NCBI GenBank assembly: GCA_963718895.1
Contig: CAVRAG010000008.1
Coordinates: 928,001 to 992,000, forward strand
DNA from: an uncultured Nitrososphaerota archaeon
Lineage (GTDB): Archaea; Thermoproteota; Nitrososphaeria; Nitrososphaerales; Gagatemarchaeaceae
Direction of reading: 5' to 3'
Length of the DNA: 64,000 bases
Shown: positions 38,540 to 49,230 of the stretch, piece by piece
How positions within the stretch are numbered: the stretch's first letter is position 1
Layout: each line of letters begins with the position of its first letter
Program-made: the position numbers and the translations under genes
The notes under the pieces: model-generated
Databases searched by the model: none
What the model was told of the DNA's origin: nothing
The model's input: only the letters and a program-made list of their open reading frames with translations

Positions 38540-39499
38540 ATGCTCACGAGGCTGAGGCGAAGAGCGCATTTCGAGATAGACGTCCTGCCCCCGTTCAACT
38601 TCCGTCTGACCGTCAGGAAGCCAGCCGGCTGGAGTCTCTTCACATCGGAGGAGGTATACGAAGAAGGGACGCTCTGGACGGGCGTCCGCCTCGGAGGAAG
38701 GCCGATCGGGCTCAAGATCCAATCCCTTGGCACCGCCCAGAGGCCGCGGATGCTGGTGGGAGTCTATGCCGACCGCGAGGTCTCCGACGCCGACGCTGAA
38801 AGGCTGCGAGACATCCTGTCGGTCTGTCTGGGAGCGAAACAGGACCTCGGAGACTTCTACGGATTCGCAAGGAAAGACGAGATCCTGAAGCACGTGGTCG
38901 AGAGCCTGTACGGGATGCACGATACCCAGGCCGTCTCTCTCTTCAACTCCGTCATCCTCGCAATCTGCCTTCAGATGGCCAGGCTCAAGAGAAGCAACCA
39001 GATGATGGCGGCAATCGACCGGAGGTACGGCGAAGCCATCCAGTTCGACGGAAAACAGGTTGTGCTCCAGCCCACCGCAAAGAGGATTGCCAGGCTCAAT
39101 CCGGAGGTCTTTGCGGAGGAGTGCAAGCTCGGTTACAGGGCCAAGTACATCGTGGCTTCTGCGAAGATGATCGATGCAGGGTTCCCGGAGATGCAGGAAA
39201 TCATGAAGATGCCGCCGGAGAAGGCGAAGGAGGAGCTGGTCAAGCTACCGGGCATAGGGGACTACGCGGCCGACATCATCAACCCTCATGCCGGCTTCCC
39301 CATCGACGCCTGGTCGGTCGATGTCTTCGGGCTCCTCTTCTTCGGGAAGCAGCCCGAGAACAGGAGGGAGGCCATCGAGGAGGTGAAGCGAGAGGGAATC
39401 AGGCGCTGGGGCAGGTGGTCCTGGATGGCCTTCTTCTACGTCGCACAGGACCTCCGGAACCTCTCCAAGCAGCTCGGCATCCAGCTGCGGCTGGAGTGA
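38540..39499 (+). CDS. HhH-GPD DNA glycosylase (AlkA/Ogg-like)
   Basis: LGYRAKYI, LVKLPGIGDYAAD, FPIDAW. Confidence 0.85.
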   Translation: MLTRLRRRAHFEIDVLPPFNFRLTVRKPAGWSLFTSEEVYEEGTLWTGVRLGGRPIGLKIQSLGTAQRPRMLVGVYADREVSDADAERLRDILSVCLGAKQDLGDFYGFARKDEILKHVVESLYGMHDTQAVSLFNSVILAICLQMARLKRSNQMMAAIDRRYGEAIQFDGKQVVLQPTAKRIARLNPEVFAEECKLGYRAKYIVASAKMIDAGFPEMQEIMKMPPEKAKEELVKLPGIGDYAADIINPHAGFPIDAWSVDVFGLLFFGKQPENRREAIEEVKREGIRRWGRWSWMAFFYVAQDLRNLSKQLGIQLRLE

Positions 39500-39503
39500 G
39501 CCG

Positions 39504-40040
39504 CTAGGCGCGCTTCGCCATGGAGTGCAAGGCCTTGGTCGTCCTCCAGTTTCTGGTCGTCGCTGTCACCTTCAGCGTCCTTTCGAAGAACGAGTTCGAC
39601 AACTTGGTCCGGCCGTATCCCTTGGGACAGTAGAGGTAGACTTCCCTTTCACCCATTGAGAAAGCCTCCCCTTCACCAGCCGCCTGATTTATTCTGTCGA
39701 TTGAGGAGACTGCTGGCTTGTTGTACAGGAACGTTACATGGATCCAATCCTCGACGCGCTCCGCGAAGGGATTCTCCTTGATCAACCTCTGAAGCTCGTC
39801 GCCTGACCTGATGAAGACTGGAATGTCAAACCCGAAGCGTTGCCTCAGACTCTTCTCTATCTCCAGGGCGAGGCTGGGAGATGGGGCTCCTGGATGCTCC
39901 GACACGACGTTCCCACTCTGGAGGTACGTCCTCACGTTCTGGTGGCCCAGCGAGACGTAGACCTGTTTCAGCTCCGCCATCGTCACCTTCTTGTGTCCAC
40001 TGACGTTTATGCCACGGAGCATCGAGACATAGCTGTTCAT
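39504..40040 (-). CDS. DUF1697-family protein
   Basis: LRGINVSG, VRTYLQSGNV, ATTRNWRT. Confidence 0.9.
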   Translation of the reverse strand: MNSYVSMLRGINVSGHKKVTMAELKQVYVSLGHQNVRTYLQSGNVVSEHPGAPSPSLALEIEKSLRQRFGFDIPVFIRSGDELQRLIKENPFAERVEDWIHVTFLYNKPAVSSIDRINQAAGEGEAFSMGEREVYLYCPKGYGRTKLSNSFFERTLKVTATTRNWRTTKALHSMAKRA

Positions 40041-40122
40041 CCGGAATCGTCTGGGTTAATCGGCCGTAGGGACGATTACTTAACGGTCATGGATCCGCGA
40101 GTTCGATCATACCGGGATGAGG

Positions 40123-40698
40123 TTATCCTTGCTTCCACTTTTTGGTAAGGTCGCAAATCATGTCCGATTGTATGTTGAGGCCGATGTTGGTAATGTTGTA
40201 CAGGTGCTCGCTGGCGACCAGGTAAACAATCTCGCATATCTCTCGCTCCGAGTAGTGTCGAGCCAAGCGGTCGAATGTATCCGGGTCAATCTTCTTTTTG
40301 GTTGTAAGCTCCGTCGCATAGTCGAGAGCCGCGCGCTCCGCATCGTTGAAGAACGGACTCGTTCGGTACTCCTCAAGCGCATCGAACTTCGCCTGGTTCA
40401 TCGACATCAGGATCGAGTAGGCCCGGCTGCTGTCGATGCAAAAAGGACAGACATTGATCTGCGCCACACGCTGGCGAACAAGAAGGTTGGTCTCGGGGGG
40501 CAACTTGAGCCCCCTGTCCAGCTCGCCAATCTGGCCATAGAACTGCGCGAACGCAGACGGAAGGCGAGCAGAATGGACCTTGGAGGGAGTGAGCGCCCTA
40601 CCCAACGTGGCAGCTTGAGCAGCGTAGATCTGCTTCATTACCGGATCCTCAGGTTCCTCGATGGGGGGAAGGAACGGACCGTCTTGGTGGTGTTTCAT
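40123..40698 (-). CDS. AhpD/carboxymuconolactone decarboxylase family protein
   Basis: VAQINVCPFCID, ERAALDYA. Confidence 0.85.
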   Translation of the reverse strand: MKHHQDGPFLPPIEEPEDPVMKQIYAAQAATLGRALTPSKVHSARLPSAFAQFYGQIGELDRGLKLPPETNLLVRQRVAQINVCPFCIDSSRAYSILMSMNQAKFDALEEYRTSPFFNDAERAALDYATELTTKKKIDPDTFDRLARHYSEREICEIVYLVASEHLYNITNIGLNIQSDMICDLTKKWKQG

Positions 40699-40810
40699 GG
40701 TAGTTTGGGGCCCCGCTTGCAGTTGAACCCTAGCCTAAGCGAATTAGGCAAAAAGGAAGACGGAGATTGACACAAAGGAGCGCAGGTTCGAATGAAAGGC
40801 AGAAAGCTGC

Positions 40811-40821
40811 GGGCCGGAAGG
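40811..40821 (-). repeat. att-like copy of tRNA-Ile 3' end (copy 1)
   Basis: GGGCCGGAAGG identical to 59707-59717; intergenic. Confidence 0.6.
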
Positions 40822-41047
40822 AGCCCGGCGACTTCACATCGCTCTGTTCCCGGCCCAGACCTGGGCCTCCCTGACAAGGATTCGTGTCAAGGTAGATTCG
40901 AAGCATTGGCACGGCATGGAGTTGTTATGCTCGTCAATCCTTTCTTACTCTATCAGTTCGACACATCCCCAATGTGCTCACGTTCCGTGCAGCAGCTTGC
41001 ATGTCGTGTCGAATTGAGCGGTGCACGTGACGCTTGCGGAGGCGCGA

Positions 41048-41986
41048 TTAATCCGAGAAAGCGGATTTTTCGATCCTGCTCACTCTCAGGAGTTCCACGA
41101 GCTTCTCAGGGAACATCATGGTCTTGGTAAGTAAGTCGACCCTAGCGCTTGTGACCCCTGGTTGCGACTTCGCCCACTCTAGGTAGCTCTGAACATCTGC
41201 CATCGTGGACGCGCTCACGACGACCCACCCATTGGCAGGGTCAGAGAACAGAACGGAGAGGTAGCTTGCTTCGAAGTGCGAAAGCATCGCCCGGTCCACG
41301 GTTCCCTTCGCCCCGTTCTGGGCGCAGCCGTAGGACAGGTATACAGGGATCAGCCCCGGGATGCCGCCCGCGTCGAGGCTCGCAAGAGCGAAGACCGTGT
41401 TTTCCATCCTCAAACGGCGCACGCTGTTTCTTACGGTCCTCGTTGAGAGGCCGAGTTCCTTTGATAACTTGACGAAGCTCTTGCGAGCATCGTTCGAGAG
41501 CGCGCGGATGATAGATACGTCCGTCTCTGAAATGCGCTCAGTCCTGCACCGTGGGAGGGCCCATCGGACCTGCGTCATCCTCTCGGTGTTCGTGATTCGG
41601 GAGATCAGCTCGATGGTTCGTGAACGCGACTCTTCACCGTTGTACACGACTATGAGCTTGAGTGCTCTCCCGTAGAAATCTATCATCCCTGTGACCTCGT
41701 TGACGAGCTTGAGCTTCCTGATCATGTCTGGCTTCGCGGATTCGGGTTCCACGTCCACCGTCGCGTCCATAACCCTGCAGCCGAAGAAGGTCGGGTTGAC
41801 TATGAGCCGCCACCCCGACATCGCGCCGGACACCTGCAGCCTCTTGTATCTGTAGTTCACCGTCATGTCGTCCGCCCCCAGACGTGCTGCGATGGACCTC
41901 AGGGATGAGCTCACCTGTGTGTCTGATGGAGCCACGGAGCCCTCTGACATGAGGGCCCTGAGGATCTTCACGTCGAGTTCGTCCAC
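41048..41986 (-). CDS. Lrp/AsnC-like regulator with two wHTH modules
   Basis: DELDVKILRAL... and DVSIIRALSNDARKSFVKLSKELGLSTRTV. Confidence 0.8.
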   Translation of the reverse strand: MDELDVKILRALMSEGSVAPSDTQVSSSLRSIAARLGADDMTVNYRYKRLQVSGAMSGWRLIVNPTFFGCRVMDATVDVEPESAKPDMIRKLKLVNEVTGMIDFYGRALKLIVVYNGEESRSRTIELISRITNTERMTQVRWALPRCRTERISETDVSIIRALSNDARKSFVKLSKELGLSTRTVRNSVRRLRMENTVFALASLDAGGIPGLIPVYLSYGCAQNGAKGTVDRAMLSHFEASYLSVLFSDPANGWVVVSASTMADVQSYLEWAKSQPGVTSARVDLLTKTMMFPEKLVELLRVSRIEKSAFSD

Positions 41987-42095
41987 TGGATTCCCCTAGC
42001 AATCAATCTTGCACGCTTCCTATTTATCCATCGCTTCACTTCTGCCCAAATCGTTTAGGCAACGATTCAAATGTCCGCGCCACTTACGTTCTGGC

Positions 42096-42494
42096 ATGGA
42101 TGCGAAAATCACCTCGATTGCGCTGGTCGTAAAGAACAAGGCGGAGGCGCTGGAGTTCTACACCGAGAAGGCGGGCTTCGAGAAGAAGACGGATTACACC
42201 AATGGCGGGTACAGGTATGTTACGGTCGGCCCCAAGGGACAAGATCTGGAACTGGTCCTCTGGCAGGAGGGGTCACCAGAACTGGGCGGCTCGTCCAGCC
42301 AGTTGAAGGCAGGGATGTATCCCCCGATTGTGATGCTCGTCGATGACGTTCGCAAGACCTCGGCCGAGCTGAAGGCCCACGGGGTGCAGTTCAAGCAGGA
42401 GCCGCAGGAGTTCGCCTGGGGGGTATCGGCCACATTCGCAGACCCAGACGGGAACCGCTTCTCAATCAATAGACTCTCCCAGAAGAACCCCTGA
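42096..42494 (+). CDS. VOC/glyoxalase family protein
   Basis: ALEFYTEKAGF ... WGVSATFADPDGN. Confidence 0.9.
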   Translation: MDAKITSIALVVKNKAEALEFYTEKAGFEKKTDYTNGGYRYVTVGPKGQDLELVLWQEGSPELGGSSSQLKAGMYPPIVMLVDDVRKTSAELKAHGVQFKQEPQEFAWGVSATFADPDGNRFSINRLSQKNP

Positions 42495-42536
42495 ACTCGA
42501 AAAAGATATTTAATCTCTGGAGAAGAATAGAATTCC

Positions 42537-43007
42537 ATGGCACCTGCACAGAAGGGCACACAAAAGTCCGCCGGGAGCGCCACCGCGACCAGCAAGAAGT
42601 CCGAGGGTTTCACGGACGAGGAACGAGCCGCGATGAAGGAGCGCGTCCAAGAGATGAAGGCGGACAAGGAAAAAGTAGAGGGGGAAAGCGCCGTACTCGC
42701 GAAAATCGCTGAAATGTCGGAACCGGATCGCACTATGGCCAAGCGACTCCACACTGTCATCAAAGCCAGCGCGCCTGGGCTCACGCCTAGACTCTGGTAC
42801 GGGATGCCCGCGTATTCCAAGGACGGCAACGTCGTCTTCTCCTTCAAACCAGCGGAGAAGTTCAAAATGAGGTATGCGACCTTTGAATTCAGCGACGAGG
42901 CGAACCTCGACGAAGGCTCCATGTGGCCGGTCGCCTTCGCATTGAAGGGGTTGACCGCCGCCGAAGAGGCGAGGATCGTCGCGCTCGTGAAGAAAGCGGT
43001 GAGCTAA
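42537..43007 (+). CDS. DUF1801/YdhG-like protein
   Basis: [31 protein letters not shown]. Confidence 0.8.
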   Translation: MAPAQKGTQKSAGSATATSKKSEGFTDEERAAMKERVQEMKADKEKVEGESAVLAKIAEMSEPDRTMAKRLHTVIKASAPGLTPRLWYGMPAYSKDGNVVFSFKPAEKFKMRYATFEFSDEANLDEGSMWPVAFALKGLTAAEEARIVALVKKAVS

Positions 43008-43435
43008 AGGCGAAGTCACGCACGAGTCCCTCCCCGGAGGGCACTTCGGCCTCTCAACAGATAGACGCGATAATCAAGGAGCCGGGTGACTGGCGGGGCA
43101 AGGCATTATCGCAGCTGCGTACTCTAATCAAGAAAGCCGACCCCGCCGTGGTCGAAGAAGTGAAGTGGAAGAAACCCACCAACCCAATGGGAGTCCCCGT
43201 CTGGTCACATGACGGAATTGTCTGCACAGGAGGGACGCTCAAGAACGCCGTGAGGCTGACATTCCTCAAAGGTGCTCAGATGAAGGATCCAAGGAAGCTC
43301 TTCAACGCGAGTCTGAAAGGGAACGCGCTGCGTGCCATCGACTTCCACGAAGGTGACGCTGTAGATGAGGCTGCGTTAAGGGCACTCATCCTCGAGGCAG
43401 TAGAGCTGAACACGTCGAAAGTGCGCGAGCGATAA
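43004..43435 (+). CDS. DUF1801-family protein (start uncertain)
   Basis: DWRG...EEVKW...GVPVWSHDG...LTFLKGA...LFNASL. Confidence 0.8.
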   Translation, partial: LKAKSRTSPSPEGTSASQQIDAIIKEPGDWRGKALSQLRTLIKKADPAVVEEVKWKKPTNPMGVPVWSHDGIVCTGGTLKNAVRLTFLKGAQMKDPRKLFNASLKGNALRAIDFHEGDAVDEAALRALILEAVELNTSKVRER

Positions 43436-43549
43436 GGCCTTGGCAGACTGAGAAGGAACGTTCCGAGTTCGAATGGGGTTCGGATCCGTTGACCTCCGAG
43501 AGCGGTTTTCCCCGGTCAGTCAATGATTCGTCGGGCTGAGCAGGAAAGC

Positions 43550-43634
43550 GGGCCGAAAGGGACCTACCCCTTGCAGGGGGTTGAACCTACGTCCAAAGCC
43601 ACGAGGGTTCGAGCCGCAGTCGGTCTCGAACCTT
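43550..43634 (-). repeat. Structured att-like repeat A (tRNA-Ile 3' end plus ~70-nt arm)
   Basis: GGGCCGAAAGGGA + hairpins; ~70/85 identical to 47663-47746 by manual alignment. Confidence 0.85.
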
Positions 43635-43713
43635 CCTATCATGTAGATATCATCAGGTCGTGGATGTTCGCGTCCCACTTTTCGAGACGCGCCATGCACT
43701 CCAGGACATCCTG

Positions 43714-45573
43714 CTACACCAGCAGCAGCCAAGCGGCAAAGATGACTAACGTAGCGATGAAGAGCCCCGCCCAAAGCCGCTTGCTGTGGTCGAAGATGTC
43801 TTTCCCGCTCATTGGAGAAATAGGAAAGGTGTAGAAGAAAGCGCCTATCACGCACATGGACAGGCCAGCTCCGCCAACGGCGGTGTAACCTCCCTTCAAG
43901 AGCAGGAAGAACAGCCCGGCAAAGGCCAGGTAGATGAGAACTCCAGACGCAGAGACTATGGCGCCCAACTTCTCCGTGAACTTCTTGGAGTTCACGTCCC
44001 GCGTAGGCGAAGAGAAAGGAACCTTGAAGACGAAGGTGGTGAAAAGAAAGAGGACGAGCCCCAGGGGCCAGATCACGTGCTCACTCCACACGCCCTTCAT
44101 TCGCAGGTACACTATGGAGAAGAAGCTCTGAACAAATGCAACGACAAAGCTTGTGGCGAGGAAGACCGGGAGCAACGCCCAAATCTGGCTCAGTGTAATG
44201 ACCTTGACGTAGGAGAAGGAAACAGCCAGGACGATTATGGACACGATGTACGCTAGGACTTCAGGTTTGGTGGGCCTGAAGAGAGAACCTTTCTTTTCTT
44301 TTGCATCGAGCTTGCGCTTGGATTCAATTACTTCTTCGAACCATTGTCTTATGTTGTCAGGGATTACGCCCTCGGTCTTGTCGGCGAGCGTTCCACCCAA
44401 GCCACCCAGGGGGTTGCTTATGGCGGCAAAGATCAGCGAAGCTGCTCCCACTATCGCCGCGGATACGCCCACCGCAGCAACCGCATTAGTTGGCGTGGGA
44501 ACCCAGACCTGCTGCACGATGTCTTGCGTAGAAGACGTTGTCGTCTGAACAATGCTTGATGTAGTGGTGGTGGACGCTGATGTAGTTGAACTGGTGGACC
44601 CGGATGCGGTGGATGAATCTGATATGACAGAGACCGTGCCCTCGCCTTCGTTGGCTACGAAGATCTCGCCCCTAGCAGGGTCATAGGCGGCGCCGTAAGG
44701 ATTGATCCCCACGGTTACAGTTGCGACGACGGAGTTGTTGCTGTCGGACATGACCGAGACCGAGGCCGAACCTCTGTTGAGCACGAATATCAGGCCCTTA
44801 GCAGGATCATAGATCGTGCCCCCGGGAGTGGTCCCCACCGTTGTGGTTGCGACGACGGAGTTGTTGCTGTCGGATATGACCGAAACGCTGCCTGAGACGG
44901 AATTGGCCACGAATACCTCGCCCTTGGCGGAATCATAGACTACGCCCAGGGGACCGCTTCCCACAGAGATGGTCGCGACCACCTGATTGCTGCTGTCCGA
45001 TATGACTGAGACAGAGCGGGAGTAGCTGTTGGCCACAAAGATCTCGCCTTTGGACGAATCATAGCCCAGGTCGTATGGACCGCTCCCCACAGGCACAGTT
45101 GCTACGACGGTATTGCTCTTGTCTGAGATGACGGAGACGGTGCCGGCGCCGGAATTGGCCACGAATACCTCGCCCCTAGCGGAATCATAGGCAAAGGATG
45201 AAGGGAAGGTCCCAACGGGCACCGTTGCTACTACTGTGTTGGTCTTGTCCGAGATGACTGAGACGGAGTTGGCACCATAGTTGGCAACGAAGACATCGCC
45301 TTGGCCGGAATCATAGACATCCCTGTATGGCGAGTGCCCCACGGTCACAGTTGCCCGCACGGCATAGCTGCTGTCCGACAGTACCACGACGGTGCCCGCG
45401 CTGGAATTGACCACGAATATTTCGGCCTTGCCGGAATCGTAGGCGACTCCATAGGGAGCGCCTCCAACCTTTATGGTTGAGATTACTCCGACGGCATGGA
45501 CCGCGCCCGCTGCTGACAAAGCAAGAACCACGATGAATGATAGGCCCAAGAGCGTCGAAACTTTGAAGCCCAT
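43714..45573 (-). CDS. YVTN beta-propeller fused to multi-TM site-2-protease-like domain
   Basis: Seven ~42-aa P-x-G-x-x-YDS-x-KGE-x-FVAN repeats, Thr/Ser linker, membrane domain. Confidence 0.8.
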   Translation of the reverse strand: MGFKVSTLLGLSFIVVLALSAAGAVHAVGVISTIKVGGAPYGVAYDSGKAEIFVVNSSAGTVVVLSDSSYAVRATVTVGHSPYRDVYDSGQGDVFVANYGANSVSVISDKTNTVVATVPVGTFPSSFAYDSARGEVFVANSGAGTVSVISDKSNTVVATVPVGSGPYDLGYDSSKGEIFVANSYSRSVSVISDSSNQVVATISVGSGPLGVVYDSAKGEVFVANSVSGSVSVISDSNNSVVATTTVGTTPGGTIYDPAKGLIFVLNRGSASVSVMSDSNNSVVATVTVGINPYGAAYDPARGEIFVANEGEGTVSVISDSSTASGSTSSTTSASTTTTSSIVQTTTSSTQDIVQQVWVPTPTNAVAAVGVSAAIVGAASLIFAAISNPLGGLGGTLADKTEGVIPDNIRQWFEEVIESKRKLDAKEKKGSLFRPTKPEVLAYIVSIIVLAVSFSYVKVITLSQIWALLPVFLATSFVVAFVQSFFSIVYLRMKGVWSEHVIWPLGLVLFLFTTFVFKVPFSSPTRDVNSKKFTEKLGAIVSASGVLIYLAFAGLFFLLLKGGYTAVGGAGLSMCVIGAFFYTFPISPMSGKDIFDHSKRLWAGLFIATLVIFAAWLLLV

Positions 45574-45665
45574 GATCGCTCACCAGCCTCGCTGGCAGGA
45601 TGAGGAAGATCGACTGTGACGCGATGAGTACAGAGGGGCCAACGTATGCGGAGGGAACGCAGAAG

Positions 45666-46868
45666 TCATTCTGTCGTACCGCGCCTTCTGTCCCTCTTCT
45701 GCGCGATGAGCGACAACGAGAGGACCACTCCGACCTGGACGGCCACGAGCACCAGGTAAGAAGCAGGGAGCGACGTGCTGGATGCTTGGCTTGATGTGGC
45801 GCTCTGGGTCGTGGTCGGACTTTGGCTGGTGGCTGTCGCGGAACTAGTCGCGATCGTTGATGCGGAAGAAGAATCTGAAAAGATATCGAGCGCGGCTGGC
45901 GTTGATCCGATGATTTCGCCCTTGCCAGAATCATACACTACCGACCCTAGTGAATTGGGAACTTGTGCGACCACTGCATTGTTGCTATCCGATATCACCG
46001 AGTTACCTACGAATATTTCGCCTTTGGCAGAATCATACGCTATGCCCTGAACTCCTGATAGCCCGGTCACGTTTGCAACCACTGCGTTTGAGCTGTCCGA
46101 GATGACCGAAACACCGTTGTAGCCGTTCGCCGCGAAGATTTCTCCTTTACTGGAATCATAAACTAAGCCAGAGGCGGTGACCCCGTTTATGGTTGCTACT
46201 ACGGTGTTGGTGCTATCAGATATTACTGAGATGCCCGGGCCAGAATTAGCGACGAAGATTTCGCCCTTGCCAGAATCATAAGCCATCTCTCTGGGGAAAA
46301 TTCCCACACCAACAAATGCGGTTACTGTATTGGTGCTATCCGATATGACGTAGACGCCTCCGAAGACATTTTGGCCGTTGCCTGCATCGGCAAGAAATAT
46401 CTCTCCTTTGGCGGAGTCATAAGCTACACCCCAAGGAAGCCACCATGAACCCGATGTCACGTTTGCAACCACTCGGTTTGTACTACCAGATAGAACCCAA
46501 ACCGCGGGAGGGATACCCTGAGCAGTTCCACTGCCTGAGGAGAGGAATATCTCGTGTTGTCCAGAATCGTAAGTCATCTCTGTCAGGAATCCGGGATACC
46601 CGGCTATGGTTACCGTTGCGACCACTTGGTTTGTACCATCAGATACAGCCGAAATGCCAGAGTAGCCTACCACGAATATTTCGCCATTGCTATAATCATA
46701 AGCCATTGCGCCGCTAATCTTGGGTATCGTGGAGGATACTGCCAGTGTTGGAATAGCATGAACACTGCTGATTGCTGAAAACGCAAAGGTCGTGATGAAT
46801 ACCAAGCCTAAGAGTTTCCAAACTCTAACTTTCATAAACACTCTCAACCTTCTGGCACCCATCGCCAA
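45666..46868 (-). CDS. Membrane-anchored YncE/YVTN beta-propeller
   Basis: YDSxKGEIF repeats, S/T linker, C-terminal TM plus basic tail. Confidence 0.8.
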   Translation of the reverse strand: MAMGARRLRVFMKVRVWKLLGLVFITTFAFSAISSVHAIPTLAVSSTIPKISGAMAYDYSNGEIFVVGYSGISAVSDGTNQVVATVTIAGYPGFLTEMTYDSGQHEIFLSSGSGTAQGIPPAVWVLSGSTNRVVANVTSGSWWLPWGVAYDSAKGEIFLADAGNGQNVFGGVYVISDSTNTVTAFVGVGIFPREMAYDSGKGEIFVANSGPGISVISDSTNTVVATINGVTASGLVYDSSKGEIFAANGYNGVSVISDSSNAVVANVTGLSGVQGIAYDSAKGEIFVGNSVISDSNNAVVAQVPNSLGSVVYDSGKGEIIGSTPAALDIFSDSSSASTIATSSATATSQSPTTTQSATSSQASSTSLPASYLVLVAVQVGVVLSLSLIAQKRDRRRGTTE

Positions 46869-47154
46869 GCCGAACTCCTCCCATATAGGACTTTTGCAAT
46901 TCCTACAACATAAGTTGTTGCTTCAGGAGAGTCTTATATCATCTGCCCGTCGAAACGATTGCAAATCAGGTTCTGCGAGTCGTTCTTGAAGCGCCGGGTC
47001 ACAGCCCCGCGAGACCGTCGCGCTTCTCCGGAAGATGAAATGGCCCATGCGTTCTCGGCATCTGCTTCAAGACCTATGAATTCTATGACATATGTTCTTT
47101 TTTAATGCAAAGTTTATAACGCAAAGCCAGTATCGGTTATCAGAGGGATTCGAA

Positions 47155-47361
47155 TTGGCCCAACAAACGACCACTGCGATAAAAGGGAATACGCATGCGA
47201 TGATCCTGGCTGTGTTAGGAGTGATTGCATTTATCGCCGGAGTCGCGGTATCGACCATCCACGGGACCGGTCTGCGTGGCTCGGGCTTGGGAACCCTTCT
47301 CATCGTGGCCGGCGTAGTGCTACTGATCATCTCCTACCTGCGTTTCTCTCGAAAGGTCTAG
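47155..47361 (+). CDS. Small two-TM protein
   Basis: Two hydrophobic helices; TTTATAA upstream. Confidence 0.55.
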   Translation: MAQQTTTAIKGNTHAMILAVLGVIAFIAGVAVSTIHGTGLRGSGLGTLLIVAGVVLLIISYLRFSRKV

Positions 47362-47662
47362 CAGAAGCCCAACCCTAGGAACTTGAAGTCGTTCTCACGA
47401 TCGATCTGGGTTTCAGAGATCATGACGCGCTCAGATTCGGGATTGGCGCACTGGCCAGGGAAGGTGGGTCGACGGGCGGAGTCGCTCGTGCCATCGCCCT
47501 CCTAGTGGTTATCGCGCTTACAGCGTCCGCCACCGTCCCCCTCCTGGTCGCGCCCTCCCCGGCAGGGGCAGCTACTCTATACAGGTCTGACGTGGTAATC
47601 TGATGACGACTTTGAGTCAACCTTCGGAAGCAGAAAAATGCGGCCCGCTGGCAAATGATGGT

Positions 47663-47746
47663 GGGCCGGAAGGGACCTACCCCTTGCAGGGGTGGACCCT
47701 GAGCCCAGAGCTACAAGGGTTCGAGCCGCGACTGGTTTCGAACCTT
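47663..47746 (-). repeat. Structured att-like repeat B
   Basis: GTGGGCCGGAAGGGA (47661-47675) identical to 59705-59719, followed by the same arm as repeat A. Confidence 0.88.
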
Positions 47747-47847
47747 GTTGCCGTAGCATGTTACTGTCGGTCTCGGTTTACTATCCCCACAGTCGGGCCC
47801 TCCTAAATTCACTCACAATAGGTCTGGTCATTTGACCGGGACGAACA

Positions 47848-49187
47848 CTACAGGACCCGGTCGACAAGAGGTATCTTCCTGATAAGATAGGCCAGCCCCC
47901 AGGTCGAGGGCACTATCATCACCGCTGCCAAGCCAAACTTGAGCAGCGACTCTAACTGGACCTGATAGAGCACGAGAGCCGAGAACATGACTATGACGGT
48001 GGCCTGCAGGAAGTACGCGGCGTAGAAGTTCTTCGCGGCAAAGCTCCAGAGTCTTCCCGGGGAGTTGAAGCGCTTGCGGAAGAACGAGATGGCGAACATG
48101 GTCATCCCCACAGCGAAGGTGGAATCCCAGAGCGCGTAGATGGCGGAGGACAACGACCCGTATCCGACCAGGCTGCCCCAGCCAAGCGAGCTCACTTCTG
48201 TGCCGATTATCGCAAGGACAAGCAGCGTCGCGCTCGCGATGAGGGCGATCTCAAAGAAGCGCTTCGCCATGGCGTCGGGCATCTTCCTCAGCCAGTCGCC
48301 GCGGGCGGCCATCGTCCCGACGATGAAGAAGCTCAGATACTGCGGCAGGTCGAAGAGGGAGGGGAAACCGAGCACTTGGGCATCTAGTGGCACCACGATT
48401 CTTAGCGCATAGGCAGCCGCAGCAAGGATCAGGATGAAGGCAGCTATCTTCCGGTATGATGGGAAAGAGCGGGCTTCTTTCGTTGCCCTGTCTCTCACAG
48501 CCACGCGCCAGATGACATAGCCGAACTCGAAGATGAGCAGCAGCTCGACGAACCAGAGAGGCCCGGTGCCCACCGACTGGGTAATGAAGGTCAGGTTCAA
48601 TCCCATGGGGGCAGTAATCCCCTGCTGGACCAGCTGATCAGCAGTCATGTGATAGAACGCTAGGTAGATGGTCAGCGGGTTGATGACGAAGAAGAAGACG
48701 GCGAGCGGGATGAACAGACGAATCAGCCTGTCCTTGATGAACAGCTTGGCACCCTTCCGGTCAAAAGAGCCAGGCGTGAAGTAGGCGGAGAGCAGGAAGA
48801 AGGCGCCGAGGAACCAGGCCTGGTTGAAGTTCGTGAGGAGAGTCAGCACCAGCGAGGCAACCGGGTCGGTTGCAGGCTCCGTGTAGTAGAAGGACCCTGA
48901 CCCTCCGTAGGTGATCGCCGTATGATGGAGGATCACGAGGCTCACCAGCGCCCCCCTGAGGTAGTCTACAAAGTAGATGCGCGTCTTACCGGGTTTGGTC
49001 CCCTTTTCCACCGGCGCCGGGCCCTGCGCGCTCACTTCCAAAGCACCCCAAGCACCACTATCACCGCCCCGACAACGAGCAGCGGGGCGGCGTACGGGTC
49101 TCCGAGACCTCCGATGCCGACGCGGACCACACCGATCAACGCGACTATGGCGCCCACCAGCAGGAGCCTGAGTTTCATGGCTTTCAT
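47848..49187 (-). CDS. Acyltransferase family 3 (OpgC/MdoC-like) membrane protein (frameshift ~49035)
   Basis: RIYFVDYLRG...VILHH, FFLLSAYF, DRLIRL, GPLWF. Confidence 0.85.
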
Positions 49188-49230
49188 GCACTCCACCTCC
49201 CTGGCCGCGGGAAGTATCGGGCCAGCCCGA

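Noticed and set aside
44630-46700. Nucleotide repeats as a DNA-level repeat system
   Set aside because: Explained by YVTN beta-propeller blade repeats in coding sequence
43550-47746. CRISPR array or IS/MITE ends
   Set aside because: Repeats are kilobases apart, direct rather than terminal-inverted, and there is no cas or transposase gene; no CRISPR array anywhere in the window
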